Part shown: positions 11,327 to 24,800 of the stretch, in pieces
How the letters are laid out: the number at the start of each line of letters is the position of its first letter
How positions within the stretch are numbered: the stretch's first letter is position 1
DNA from: Eledone cirrhosa
Lineage: Eukaryota
DNA: 64,000 bases
Reading direction: 5' to 3'
NCBI GenBank assembly: GCA_964016885.1
Contig: OZ024754.1
Span: forward strand, 34,410,001-34,474,000
Made by a program: the position numbers and the translations under genes
Notes under the pieces: generated by a model
What the model was told of the DNA's origin: nothing
Databases searched by the model: none
Seen by the model: the letters and a program-made list of their open reading frames with translations, nothing else

Positions 11327-13089
11327 GTCCATGTTGAATGTTGTTATTGTAACTGTCAGTTGGTAAAATATATTCCCATCATGCCATGCTGCTCTTCTCA
11401 TAATTTACCACTGGTTCTTGCTTTGGTTCGTGGCATGTGTATGTTATAGCACAACCTTCAGACTGATAACACTACCATGCTGCAACTACACTGCATACTA
11501 TATACATACTACACACTACTTACCATATATATATACACTAAACACAAATACTGTATACACACATCAAGGGCAAACTATGGGCCGCGTGCAGCCTGTTTGG
11601 CTTTCTGAATGGCACGCTTAATTTCAGAATTGTCTTGAAATTTTTAGTGGTGCGGCCCACCTTACGATGAGCCATGTTTGAATATAAGATTAGTTGGTAG
11701 CACACGAAAAATTAAAAAAAAAAAGGGAAAAAAATTATTTCCCACTGAAATCGAAGGTGTAGTGTTCTTTTCTAAATTTTCCAGAGGTTGTCAATGGTAT
11801 TTCGGGCTGTGTTGTACAGGCAAAACGGCAATGGACTGAGTGATGCTAAGGCCTCATGACAGCCTATTTATAATGGCCACTAGTTATTTCACTGAGAGAT
11901 AAACGATGGCCCCAGACAATGTTCTCCTTCATACAACAGGCACCATTAATCCTACCATCAGGGAAATTCATCTATGCAAGGTCACAGGTCACTCACTTTG
12001 GTGGCTGTGGGAAAACATTTCTTTTGCTACATACCTAGGTCAGAGCAGTGTTTTGGCTGCACCCCGTGGACAAAGTGGCAAAGGCATTTCTGTGGACAAT
12101 GGCCAATGACATCTGCTGCAACAACCACCCTACCTTGCAGGGTTCCTTCCTCAGACTGGTTGCTTTTGTTCTGATTTTACAGAGGAGGTCAGCTGTACGG
12201 GGTTTGAGAGGATGCCTGTGGTCGCAACAACAACTGGTGCAAAGAAAGGCCCAGACAAGCCCCTGAATTGCAGGCTGTGGTACCAGGGATTGTGACCAAA
12301 GACACTAAGTTGGAGGCATGCTGTGTTTTGAATTCTGTATTAAAATTTAATCCAATTTATTTTACTTCTATTTATATTTTGTTTACTTACATTATCTGTG
12401 GAGAATTGACAAAAACCTGTCCTTCTTTTTCATTTCTTCCATAAAACATTACTATAATGTATAACATATAGATAGTTTAAAGATTAAAATGTGTTTTGTA
12501 AATTACATTCAAATTAATTATTAATTAGCTGATTGAAATATGATTTGTAATTAACATTGTTATAATTATTTCTAACACAGTAAAAACAACTTGGCTAATA
12601 TGGAACTAACTAAACACACTGTGGTTATAGTCATAGTAAATTCCCTTTCATTTTTCTAAGTACCAAATATGAAAGATATATGCTGCTTACTAATTCAGTG
12701 AAGGTGTGGCTTAGTGGTTAGTGAATTGGATTCGCAATCTCACAATTATGAGTTTGATTTCAGGACCAGGTGATGCCTTATGTCCTTGAGCAAGACACTT
12801 TATTTCATGTTGCTCAGAAACATTATTTCTTTGGTCTAAATTTGTTGAGTTCGACTCCACTCAGTAAGTGAATGAGTTCTGGGATTTTGTTGATCGATTA
12901 AAAAAAAAAAATATTAATTCAAAAGAACAGTCATTTTTGTAATAGTAGTGGAAAAGACAAAGTCTGTGTGTTATAATTGTCATGTTAAAGAACAATAAGG
13001 TTTGAAAAATGAAATATACAGCTCACACATTTGCAGGTTTCTCTGTTTTTTTATGAAGTTGCATCTCAGGAGGAGGTTTCTTGGGTGGT

Positions 13090-13307
13090 TTAGCCCTTTA
13101 GCATTCACATTACTCTATATATACTATTATATTTTCATGGTAAAGGCTTTACCTCACATAATTATCTCACATAATATCGAATCTATGAGATTTTGAAAGT
13201 ATTTATTTTGAGAACAATAACTTAATATCAGTTTGAGTGACCAACTACAGTCAGTTTCAACAGAAAAAGGTAGAGAATTCTGGCCAGTTTGAACATTAAA
13301 GGGTTAA
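13090..13307. mobile_element. piggyBac-type (TTAA) MITE, ~220 bp
   Basis: Ends TTA(A/G)CCCTTTAGCATT...CATTAAAGGGTTAA. Homologous to 21656-21881, 31241-31454, 40329-40568 and 43524-43760. Confidence 0.75.
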
Positions 13308-13384
13308 TGATATTGGCACCAGTCGTATCATGTAATGCAATGTGAAATGAAACGTCTTTCTCAAGAACTTAATGCTCTGCCTTG

Positions 13385-13419
<35 letters not shown>

Positions 13420-13424
<5 letters not shown>

Positions 13425-13672
13425 TTTATATTCATACACAGAACAAAGGCTCTACCCAAGGTTTGATGGCCCAAATTTGACCATACCTCTAGAAAACAAG
13501 GGGCATCAAAATATTGGCCTTTCTTCAGGTGTTAATAATCTTATACACTCGTATTAACGCTTGAAGAAAAGTCACTATTTTGATGCATCTTATTTTCTGG
13601 GGGTATGGTCAAATTTGGGCCTTGAAACCTTGAGTAGAGCCTTTATTCCATCTATGAGCATAAATAAATAAT
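13420..13672. repeat. Imperfect ~250-bp palindrome (fold-back element)
   Basis: Arms of about 115 bp, e.g. AAAGGCTCTACCCAAGGTTT..GGCCCAAATTTGACCATACC versus GGTATGGTCAAATTTGGGCC..AAACCTTGAGTAGAGCCTTT. It abuts (TA)n. Confidence 0.8.
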
Positions 13673-14649
13673 ATCATATTTCTGCTCTCTTCTATTGAGC
13701 ACTGTTTTCCTTTTTCACATCTACAAATTTTGCTACATACACACACACACACATGTGTGTATGATTCTTATAAACACTTCTATGACTATTTATTGAGGAA
13801 TTTCCACCTATCAATTGGCTAAAATAAGTTATTTCCAGCATAATGGATTTTCCATCATTTAAAGATGGTCACCTAATTAAAGAGAAACATTCAGTTATTC
13901 ATCAAGCCCAAAACTTCATTAACAATGGCTGACTAACATCATGTACTTTCTCTCTGTTCTTTCTTTTCTTACTCTCTCTCTCTCTCTCTCTCTCTCCCTC
14001 TCTCTCTCTCTCTTCCAATGACAGTCTAAAGTCTGAAATGTCAGACTCTTTTCCTATTATATCAAGCATTAAACTTTTATATCATCCTGTATTGTTCTCT
14101 TGTGTTATTTTTCCTTGTTGGCTTTTCTGTAAAGTGGTTGGTTTGGGGAAGAGCATCCAGCTGTAGAAATCTTGCCAAACAAGGGATTGGAGCGGACCGA
14201 ACCCTTCAGTTTATGTCAAAAGACATGACAACTTCTCCTGTGCACTTGATAGAACGTATGACCATACACAAGCAAGATGCAGACCCCCCCCTAGCCTGTC
14301 TGGCAGGTCAGTAGCACCGCTTCAGTACAGACTTAGTCTATGTGGACCTGTCCAACCCTTGCTAGCAAGGAAACCAGACGTTAAATGATGATGATTATGA
14401 TATGTGTGTGTGTGTCTGTGTGTGCACTTAGCAATTCTAGCTTATCACAGCTACTCTCGTTTTACAGCAACAGATCAAACACATTAAACTATGGCTTTTC
14501 AAACATTTTCACATTTTATCAGAAAATATATTTTGCAATCTCTCTCTCTCTCTCTCTCATTGTTATAAAAATATCAAACTGTGAAGTTTCAGGTTACAGC
14601 CTGGTTTCATGTTACACCAGGTTGAATTGTATGAACCTGATCTAACCTC

Positions 14650-15065
14650 AGGGCGGTGGATTGGCAGTATCGGTAGAGCGTCAAACAACATGCTTTGTAG
14701 CATAGAGTTACGGCCCTTTACGGCTTGGGTTCAAATCCCGCCGAGGTTAACTTTGCCTTTCATCCTTACGGGGTCAATAAAATAAAATAAAGTACCAGTA
14801 ATGCAGTGGAATAATTGCTGGCCTTGTGCCAAAAGTAGAAACAATTATATTTTGTTCATATAATTGTTTCTACTTTAGGCACAAGGCCAGCAAATTACCC
14901 AGTGCATTACTGGTACTTTATTTTATTGACCCCGTAAGGATGAAAGGCAAAGTCAACCTCGGCGGGATTTGAACTCAAATCGTAAAGGGACGTAACTATG
15001 CTGGAAAGCATGGCGTCCGACCCTCTACCGAGACTGCCAATCCACCGCCATTTTGTTCATATAAT
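14650..15065. mobile_element. Tail-to-tail inverted pair of family-A SINEs; the second copy has a 16-bp TSD
   Basis: A + copy at about 14650-14848 and a - copy at about 14865-15049. The - copy is flanked by ATTTTGTTCATATAAT at 14849-14864 and 15050-15065. Confidence 0.88.
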
Positions 15066-17657
15066 GCTATGTACTGTAACTCCTGAGTGAGTTATAGGGG
15101 GTACTGTATTGATATATGGAATTTCTAGGGTATTTTTAAACCTGGCAGAGCCCATCTCCTCTCCAGTTCTGAATACAGAAAAATGTCTTCTATAGAAGGA
15201 GAAAGATAGTGAGAAAGAGATATAGAGGAAGAATCTTCCCCAGTACTTTTTGTATCAACCTCGAATGGATGAAAGGCAAAGTTGACCTCAGCAGCATTTG
15301 AACTCAGAGAGATGGAATGAATACTGCAAAGTATTCTATATGACATTTTATTCATTCTGCCAATTTGCCGTCTTATATAATGTTATAACAAACAGCAAAA
15401 TTCTATATTTTATGTAAGAACTTTTGTTAAGTCACACTCCAAACTCCAGCTTAATAATGAGTAAGTTACCATATGTACATGAATATAAGCTGACCTCCCT
15501 GTTTTATGTCTGAGAAATAGGTAAAAATCCTAAACTCCATTTATAAGCCAAGGCAGCTAATCAACACATTGTTTGGATGGCGTATATAAGCCAAACCCCA
15601 CCCCCATTTTACCATTGATTTTTTTTTGGGGGGGGGGGGTCTCATATTCCTCAGCTTATATTCTTGTATATATGATAGTTATATTGATATGATAGTAGTG
15701 ATGTAGTTGTTGTTGTTGGTGGTGGGGGTGGTGGTGGTGTTGTTGTTTGTGGTGTTGGTGTGGTTGTTGTTGGTGGTGGTGTGGTTGTAGCTGGTGGTGT
15801 TGTTGGTGGTGGTGTGGTTGTAGTTGTTGGTGGTGGTGGTTCCAGTGGTGTGGTTGCAGTTGTTTTAATCTAAAATTTCTGATGATTGTTAAATGGTATT
15901 TGGAAAGCAACATTAGATGGTTGAATAACAATAACAACAACAACAACAAACCTTAGTCCTTCCTTGCAGAAAGGAATGCTGCAGACATCTGAAATATTTT
16001 ATATTTATTTATTTATTTGCATTCTTGGAATGGTTGCTACTATTTTTAACAACTTACCACTTGATTGATAGGTAGGGTGGAGGAGAGGTACATTTTCAAG
16101 ACACCATCATTCTCAACATTGATGGTGGTGGTAATGGCTATAGTTATGATGATGGTGATGATGCTGGTGTTGATGGTGATTGTGATAGTGGTAGTAGTAA
16201 TGGCAATATTGGTGATGGTGATAGTGATGGTGGCGATAGTGATGATGCTGATAGTGATTGTGATGGGGGTGATTGTGATGATGGTGATGGCAGTTGTGAT
16301 AGTTGTAGTGGTGATGACGGTGACAGTGATAATGGTGATTGTGACAATGATGATGACAATAGTTGTGGTGGTGATGGAGGGAGGGGGATAAAGTTTTCCA
16401 CTTTTACCAATAACTTGAACTGTTTAACTTTTATCTTTATGTTTTCATAACAGCAGAGAAAGTTAAACAATTGTTGAAGTTATAATAATACTAGTAAAAG
16501 TAGTGATTTTAAACACAAGTACAGTGGTAAGGTTGTTTGGTTCATGAACATAAAGTTATGAGTTCAATTTTTGACTTTGTGTTCTCTCCTTTAGCAAGAC
16601 ATTATATTTCACCTTGTTCCAGTTCACTAGAGCCAGTCTTGTCACACACTATTTCACACTGAATCTCTCTGAGAATTACATTAACCCTTTAGCATTTAAA
16701 CTGGCCATATCTGGCCAGAATTCTCTCACCCCTTTCTGTTCAAACCGGCTGTAACTGTCCACTCATACTGATGTGAATGTATTTTTCTCAAAATAAATAA
16801 CATCAAAGTCTCATAGATTCGATATAATGTGAAATATTATGTGAGATAATTATGTGAATGCTAAATGGTTATGGATACACGTGTCTGTGAGATATTCGGC
16901 TACTTACATGAAAATTTCATGAACAGGCTGAGTGTACCAGTTGATCAAATAACTGGAACACTCATCATTGGAACTGACAGAGATCCAAGACAGCTAATTT
17001 ATTTAAAAAAATTACCAAAAACCCAAACATGTATCAGACATAGAGATTGCTTAGAAAATAGATTGCTTAAAAAAAGAGTACACAATGAAAATACAAAGAC
17101 AAAAATTGAAGCCATGAAAATACAATATTGGAAACATGAATGAGAAAAACAGACAAAATAAAACAAACCTACAAACCAAAAGAAATAACAAATTGCCATT
17201 AAAGTATAAGCTCCAACAAACCTTAGGAAACATTACAGAACATTTACTGACAAAAACTAAATCAGAACTACGCTGCACTAAATATTAAAAAAATATATAG
17301 GAACATAATTGAATAGGAAAAAAAGATTTAAGGGCAGAAAGATCTAAAGTTGGAACATTTTAATATGACAATAATCTAAAGATAGAAAATGGTTATAAAA
17401 AAAATTAAATCAATAAATCTCGTTATGGACTAATAATGAAAGACCCTGCCAAATATAAAACTTAATGACAAATAACAGTAAAAAAAAAACAAACACAAAC
17501 GAAAAATGAACCATAATAGATACATTGCAAACAAATGTGAAATATCAATATCATCATCATCGTCATGATTATCATGAACCATCATCACTGTCATCGTCAT
17601 CATCATCATCATCAGCAGCAGCAGCACCACCATCATAAACCATCATCATTATTACAT

Positions 17658-18050
17658 TGGATTGGCAGTATCGGTAGAGGGTCGGACGCCATGCTTTGCA
17701 GCACAGTTACGTCCCTTTACGGACTGAGTTCAAATCCCGCCGAGGTTAACTTTGCCTTTCATCCTTACGGGGTCGATAAAATAAAGTACCAGTAATACAC
17801 TGGAGTAATTGCTGGCCTTGTGACAAAAAGTAGAAACAATTATTACATCCATTTTTAGTGTTAGGGATTGGCAGTATCGGTAAAGGGTCGGACGCCATGC
17901 TTTCCAGCATAGTTACGTCCCTTTACGATCTGAGTTCAAATCCCGCCGAGGTTGACTTTGCCTTTCATCCTTACGGGGTCGATAAAATAAAGTACCAGTA
18001 ATGCACTGGGTAATTGCTGGCCTTGTGCCTAAAGTAGAAACAATTATTAC
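17658..18050 (+). mobile_element. Two tandem family-A SINE copies
   Basis: Two near-complete units, each followed by ATTACATCCATT. Confidence 0.85.
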
Positions 18051-19129
18051 ATCCATTCTTCCCTGCTAGTATAGGCTGGAAATGTTGCCACAGACCAAGT
18101 CAGCTCAGAATTATAGACAGGCCAAGGTGTCACATCTCACTTTACTCTTTTACTCTTTTACATGTTCCAGCAATCTGGCTGAGGCCATGCTGGGGCACCA
18201 CCCTCGTTGCTACACATTCTATCTCCAGCCTGTGGTGGCTGGCCATTAGTGCAAGAGGGAGTTGATTGCTGCTGCCCTTAGGTTACCTTCATACTGTGCT
18301 GTGGGCTCATCCGGGACTCTGGATAGCAGGGCATCAAGATGCTATGTATGTTCCTACACTTTACAGAGTCTACTAGGTGTACTAGACATCTCAGCACCAA
18401 CACTAGGGAGATTGTCATGTTGTAGACACAACTGAAAAATCCTCTGGACCTTTTGTCAACTTCTCTGTCTGAATGCCCTTCCTATCATCAACCACTTTAC
18501 AGAGTGTTCTAAGTATCTTTTATTGTGGAACCAGCACTAACAATGGTTTCTGATTTAGGCACAAAGCCAAAAATATTTTTGAGGGCAAATTGATTAAATC
18601 GACCCTAGTGCGTTACTGGTACTTTATTTTATTGACCCTATAAGGATGAAAGGCAAGGGTAACCTCAGTGGTATTTGAACTCAGAATGTAAAGGATCATA
18701 ACTTGTTCGATGCTCTACAGATTACTTCGAATCCAACGCCTTAATGATACAAAAAAGAAAAAAAGTCAACTGAATATGAGCCATTATAGTAGATACATTG
18801 GGAAAAAATGTGAAAAATCAATATGAACAGGATCATTCAACTAATCAATATAACAGACACAGTATAATTATAAAAAGGAAATATGAGGTATGTTCTCTTA
18901 GTAGAAAATCTAAATCTAAAGGAATTAAAAGAAATAATGTGGACAAACCATAGAGAGATAAAAACATAGTTATTGAGATGGGATTGACTACAAGACAGAT
19001 AAATGTGTGTGTGTGTATATATACACACACACACACACATACATATTTATATACATATGTGTGTGGGTGTATATATACATATATGTATGTGTGTGTGTAT
19101 ATGTATGTATATACATGTCATTTCATTTC

Positions 19130-19500
19130 ATTTCATTTTACATCTGCTTTTCCCTGCTTGCAAGGGTGGGATGGGAACTGGTTCTGGCTTGATTTCTACA
19201 GCTGGATGCCCTTCCTAACACCAACCTCACTTACAGTGAGTGCTGGGTGCTTTTTTTTTTTCTGTGGCGCCTACACGTCCACTTTACAGTGAGTACTGGG
19301 TGCTTTTTTTTGCTGTGGCACCTCCACGACCACTTTGCAGTAGAATGATAGGGACCCCAGTCCCCATCATCTCATTTCTACAGCTGAGTAAACTGGAGCA
19401 ATGTGAAATAAAGTGTCTTGCTCAAGGAAACAACACATCACCCAGTCTGAGAATTGAACTCACAACCTTTCGATTGCAAAGCCAATGCTCTAAGCATGTA
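19130..19500 (-). mobile_element. tRNA/CORE-like SINE (family B) with an RTE-derived tail
   Basis: Reverse complement of the head-core-tail unit seen at 50474-50893, including TCCTTGAGCAAGAC...ACTCAGCTGTAGAAATGAG. Confidence 0.75.
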
Positions 19501-20007
19501 CCTATATATATGTATGCATGTAACTATATATATATATGTATGCATCTTTGTGTAAATGTATGTGTATGTATATATGTGTGTGTATTTATAAATATATGTG
19601 TTGATATTCTGCTGGTGTCGTCTCAGATCCACACACATATATTTATTTATACCCACACATACTTAGTGAGAAAATACCTCAGTGGATGTAAAAAAAAATA
19701 CAATAGCCAGCAGCCACTATGGAGAATCATACTTCACATCTCTCATATTTCAGTCAAATGCTCTATTGAACTCTATTGAGCTAAGGGACCTCTGGTCACA
19801 GTTTCAGTCCCGGGTGAGCTAAACATGGTCCTCTCACCTGATTCTCTCCCAAAGTGTCAACTTATCGCAGTCAGTCCTTCTTTACTTAGAATTACTCCAT
19901 TAATAATTCTGATCTAATCACCCTATTACCAGGACCACAACTGGTTCTGAAAGGTACAATGGGTTGAATAGGTTTGGGTGTCTCCTGCTGTATTTGAATA
20001 ATAATAA

Positions 20008-20714
20008 TAATTGTTTCTACTTTTGGCACAAGGCCAGCAATTACCCAGTACATTACTGGTACTTTATTTTATCGACCCCCGTAAGGATAAAAAGCAAAGT
20101 TAACCTCGGCGGGATTTGAACTCAGACCGTAAAGGGACGTAACTATGCTGGAAAGCATGGCGTCTGACTCTCTACCGATACTGCCAATCCACCGCCTGAA
20201 TAATAATTGTTTCTACTTTTGGCACAAGGCCAGCTATTACCCCAGTGTATTACTGGTACTTTATTTTATCGACCCCGTAAGGATGAAAGGCAAAGTTAAC
20301 CTCGGCGGGATTTGAACTCAGAATGGCAAGGGCCGTAACTCAATGCGTCAAGGCATGGCGTCCGACCCTCTACCGATACTGCCAATCCACCGCCCTTTAT
20401 TATTATTATAATAATTCTTTCTACTTTTGGCACAAGGCCAGCAATTATCCCAGTGTATTACTGCTACTTTATTTTATCGACCCCGTAAGGATGAAAGGCA
20501 AAGTTAACCATTATTATTATTATAATAATTGTTTCTACTTTAGGCACAAGGCCAGCAATTACTCAGTGCATTACTGGTACTTTATTTTATCGACCCCGTA
20601 AGGATGAAAGGCAAAGTCAACCTCGGCGGGATTTGAACTCAGATCGTAAAGGGACGTAATTATGCTGGAAAGCATGGCGTCCGACCCTCTACCGATACTG
20701 CCAATCCACCGCCC
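20008..20714 (-). mobile_element. Cluster of four family-A SINE copies
   Basis: Copies at about 20008-20196, 20203-20394, 20412-20508 (truncated) and 20528-20714. Confidence 0.88.
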
Positions 20715-21271
20715 TAATATGGTTAGTGCTAAGTGATAGAAATAATGGGTAATCATCATCATCATCATCATTATTATTATTATTATTATTATAATAATAA
20801 TAATGATGATGATGATGACTACCCATTAATTCTATCACTTAGCACTAACCATATTACCTACATTAAATATTTATCTACTATTTCTACCAAGCCATGCAAT
20901 CAAATTAATGTTTCTTAGTGAAAGATAGTACGAACTATTACCTTTGTATAACACATCTGCTATATCATAGCCTTTTGTTAATCCTTATAGTAACAGTAGT
21001 TATATTACATCACCTGTATAAATAGATATCATTTACATCATCTATATACCTCATGATAGTCTGACTTTCTTTCTATTTCACTTCATGAATTAGAATAAAC
21101 ACACATTCTTGACCTTGGTGTCATTTTTTCCACTCTCTGCTGCCCTTCTGATACCAAACCTATATTAAGTGTGAGGTAATGTCTTACATGACAGAAACTT
21201 GGAATTACCTAATGTATCCACACATTGTCTACTCTTTCTCTCTTTCCCTCTCTCTTTCCCTCTCTCTTTCC

Positions 21272-21307
<36 letters not shown>

Positions 21308-21655
21308 CATATATAAAGATTTAGGTAAGATACATTGTAACATTTTCTCCATATTTGCTGTGAAGAAACTAAAAATGCCAGACATAATGGTTAGGTTGTT
21401 GAACTCATAATCATAATGTTGTAGGTTTGATTCCAGGACTGAGTGGTGTGTTGTCTTCTTGAGCAAAACATTTGATTTCACGTTGCTTTTTATGATAGGG
21501 CTGGTTCGGCCTACCATTAAAATACCTAAGAAACTTATAAAATACAACCTTATAGGAAGCTAGCTAAACGTGTGTAGGTGTGAACTATAACATCGTATGA
21601 GGACAGCTAAACCTACATAGGTAGGAACTGTAACATAAGACCAAGACCCCTATCA

Positions 21656-21881
21656 TTAACCTTTTAGCATTTAAACCAGCCATATCTGGCCAGAATTCTC
21701 TCACCTCTTTCTGTTCAAACTGGCCGTAACCGACCCCTCATACTTATGTTAAGGTATTTTTCTCAAAATAAATATCAAAATCTTGTAGATTCTATATTAT
21801 GTGAGATAATTATGTAAGAAAAAGCCTTTACTGCAAAAATACAATAGTAAATATAGAGTAATGTAAATGTTAAAGGGTTAA
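21656..21881. mobile_element. piggyBac-type MITE with TTAA duplication
   Basis: Inserted in GACCCCTATCA-TTAA-AAC. An uninterrupted sister unit at about 22010-22030 reads CCCCTATCATTAAAACACCC with a single TTAA. Confidence 0.85.
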
Positions 21882-24800
21882 AACATCCAAGAAACCAAGA
21901 TATAATGTTGTAGGAAGCCAGCTAAACCTACATCGATGTGAGCTGTAACATCATATGAGGCTAGCTAAACCAGTATAGGTATGAACTGTAACAACATAAT
22001 AAAACTAGGACCCCTATCATTAAAACACCCATGATAACGAGATACAATCTTGTAGGAAGCCTGCTAAACCTACATCAGTGTGAGCTGTAACTAAAACATG
22101 ATAGCACTGGGGCCCCTATCATTAAAACCTGCTATAAGTTACAACCCTGTTGTGAACTGTAAATTTCATTTAATTTTTCAAGCCACCTACTTCTAAAGCT
22201 ATACAAACAAAGATCCTTGCTTGCTGGAATTAGTTTTGATGTTAAAATCAATATCTTCATTTTATTATAGGTTTACAGTTCTCAAGTTGGAGATTCTTCT
22301 ATACAGCTTCAAGCTATTTATCTCATCTTAATGACATAGTTTTCAACTGGAAAACAAAAGAGGGGACCTTTCAGAAGAGCTGAAGAAAAGAAGAGGAAAT
22401 AAAACAATTTTGGGCCACCATCCATTATTAGAATGTGTTTGTGTGTTGATGTTGATGTTGTTGTTGTGTATGTGTGACTGTGTCTGTGTATGTATTATTA
22501 TGTTGTTTTTTTTTGTATGTATGTGTATGTCTGTGTGCATACGTGTGTCTGTGAATGTGTGTATGAATGCGTCTGTGGACTATTGTCATTGTATGTATGT
22601 GTATGTCTCTGTGTCGGTGTGAGAGAGTCTATGTGTGTGTGAGAGAGTGTGTGTATGTGTTTATGTGTTATGTTTGTTCAAACAGCTTACACTTTACCTT
22701 CCATAATATCGTGTATTCAGCTTCACCATTATCATTTTTACGTCTGTTTTTTCCACACTTGCATGAGTTGGACAGGTCCTTTTCAGTATGGTATCCTTCC
22801 ACTCACTGCAATCCTTTTATTATAAACAAACTTCTGTTTAGTTAACTAGCATCTACACATAAACACACAGTTAACTAGCACCAACACATACACATAGACA
22901 CACAGTTAACTAGCATCAACACATACACATAGACACACAGACACACAAATATATACATTCATCGTCATCATCTTTTAATGATGATGATTTTGATGATGTA
23001 TATATGCATGCACACGCACACACAAGTTTCTTTCTAACAAATTCACTCACAAGGCATTAGTCAGCCCTGGACTATAGTGGAAGACACTTGCCAATGGTTC
23101 CACTTAGTATATATATGACAATATTTTTTATGGTCATCATTCTATGGCGTCAGCCAAAGTAAACTCAACAATAGATCTCAACATAGGTCTGTTATTCATT
23201 GCATTGTCTCAATCCCAAACATCAATACCAGAGTCTCTGGTTAGATCTTGTGAGTATCTTTGCCTCTTGGCATGTTAGTATTTAAAGACTTATAAGAGCT
23301 TTATTTGAGACACAATGGCAACGACCTCCAAATCTCATCATATATGTCTCTAAGAGTCGTACGTTTTCTCCAGCTTATAATAATAATAATTGATAATAAT
23401 AATAATAATAATTGTTTCTACGTTTGGCACAAGGCCAGCAATTACCCAGTGCATTACTGGTACTTTATTTTATCGACTCCGTAAGGATGAAAGGCAAAGT
23501 GAACCTCGGCGGGATTTGAACTCAGAATAGCAGGAGCCGTAAGTCTATACGTCAAAGCATGGCGTCCGACCCTCTACCGATACTGCCAATAATAATGATA
23601 ATAATAATGAAATATTGTGTACAGTGCTCAGGTGCACTACAACTCATCAAAAAGTGTATGTATAGTACATAGGGTAATGTACAAACATCAGGAAAATGAT
23701 TGAAGCCAATGAAAAGATTTATATGCCTCTGCCCTTGAGGTGCTTTTGTTGTTTGATAGTAAGTGTCCAAGTTTCACTACCATAAGGAAGAATTGTTTAT
23801 ATTATAGTGTAGTTAATATGAAGCATTGTGGGATATATAATAAAAGGCTGATCATTTTTAAAAAGCTAGTATAATGCAGTAGAAAAATACGATGGGCAAA
23901 TGATGCTAAGTAAAACAAAATAAAGTAATGTTTTACTCATTGTGTTTCAATATGATATTTCAAGGCTATTAGCCTCTTTTCAAATGTGGGGCTGAAACAG
24001 TTCAAAACAAAATGAATTATTGATGTGTTCTTCCTTAACTGACTTATTTGTCTGTAATACGCAGTCTGAAGTTGTTATAGTAACCAGTCTGCCTCATGCA
24101 TTGTGGCCTTTTATGTTTTAAGTTCAAATCCGTTTCCGTATCAATATTGCCTTTCATCCTTCCAGGGTTGATAAAATAAAGTACCAGTCACATACTGGAG
24201 TCAATTTAATTGTATTTCCCCTTTTCAAATTAGAAATAAATTCAGAAGTGTGGTGAATTGTCAGAATCATCAAAGCACCAGGAAATACATTAACCCTTTT
24301 GATATGAAACTGCTCATTTTAAAATGTTTATATTTGGTGTAATTTTATTTTATAAAATTTTCCTAAATCTTCTTCTTTGCTCACTTATTCCTGGGAGGGT
24401 CACTCACTCCAGCAGGTCCTGTTGAATCCCCAATCAAGACCATCCAAGCTCATGGATGTTATCCAACCATCTTGCTTTGGGTCTCCTGCCAGTTGGTTTT
24501 TGCCTATAAAATCTGTCCAGTGATTCTTTCCTAAGACATTCTAACCACATGCCCATAGTATCGGCACTGTGATCTCTTAATTCAGAGAAGTAGCGGCTTA
24601 AGTATGTTTCAAATATCAGCTTACTAATGAAAGACTTAGTTTTATTAAATTTCTCTAAATGTTTGGTTATTTTCAAAACTAATTGAAAGACAAAGGCCAT
24701 GAATTACATTAGGAATACAGTAATGAAAGGGTTATGCTCTTTCTTTTAGATCTTTATATTCTGAGTTCAAATTCTACCAAAGTCAACTTTGCCTTTCATT

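Noticed and set aside
15656-16470. His/Gln-rich and Ser/Pro-rich ORFs
   Set aside because: They are degenerate trinucleotide repeats with no recognisable domain or consistent exon frame.
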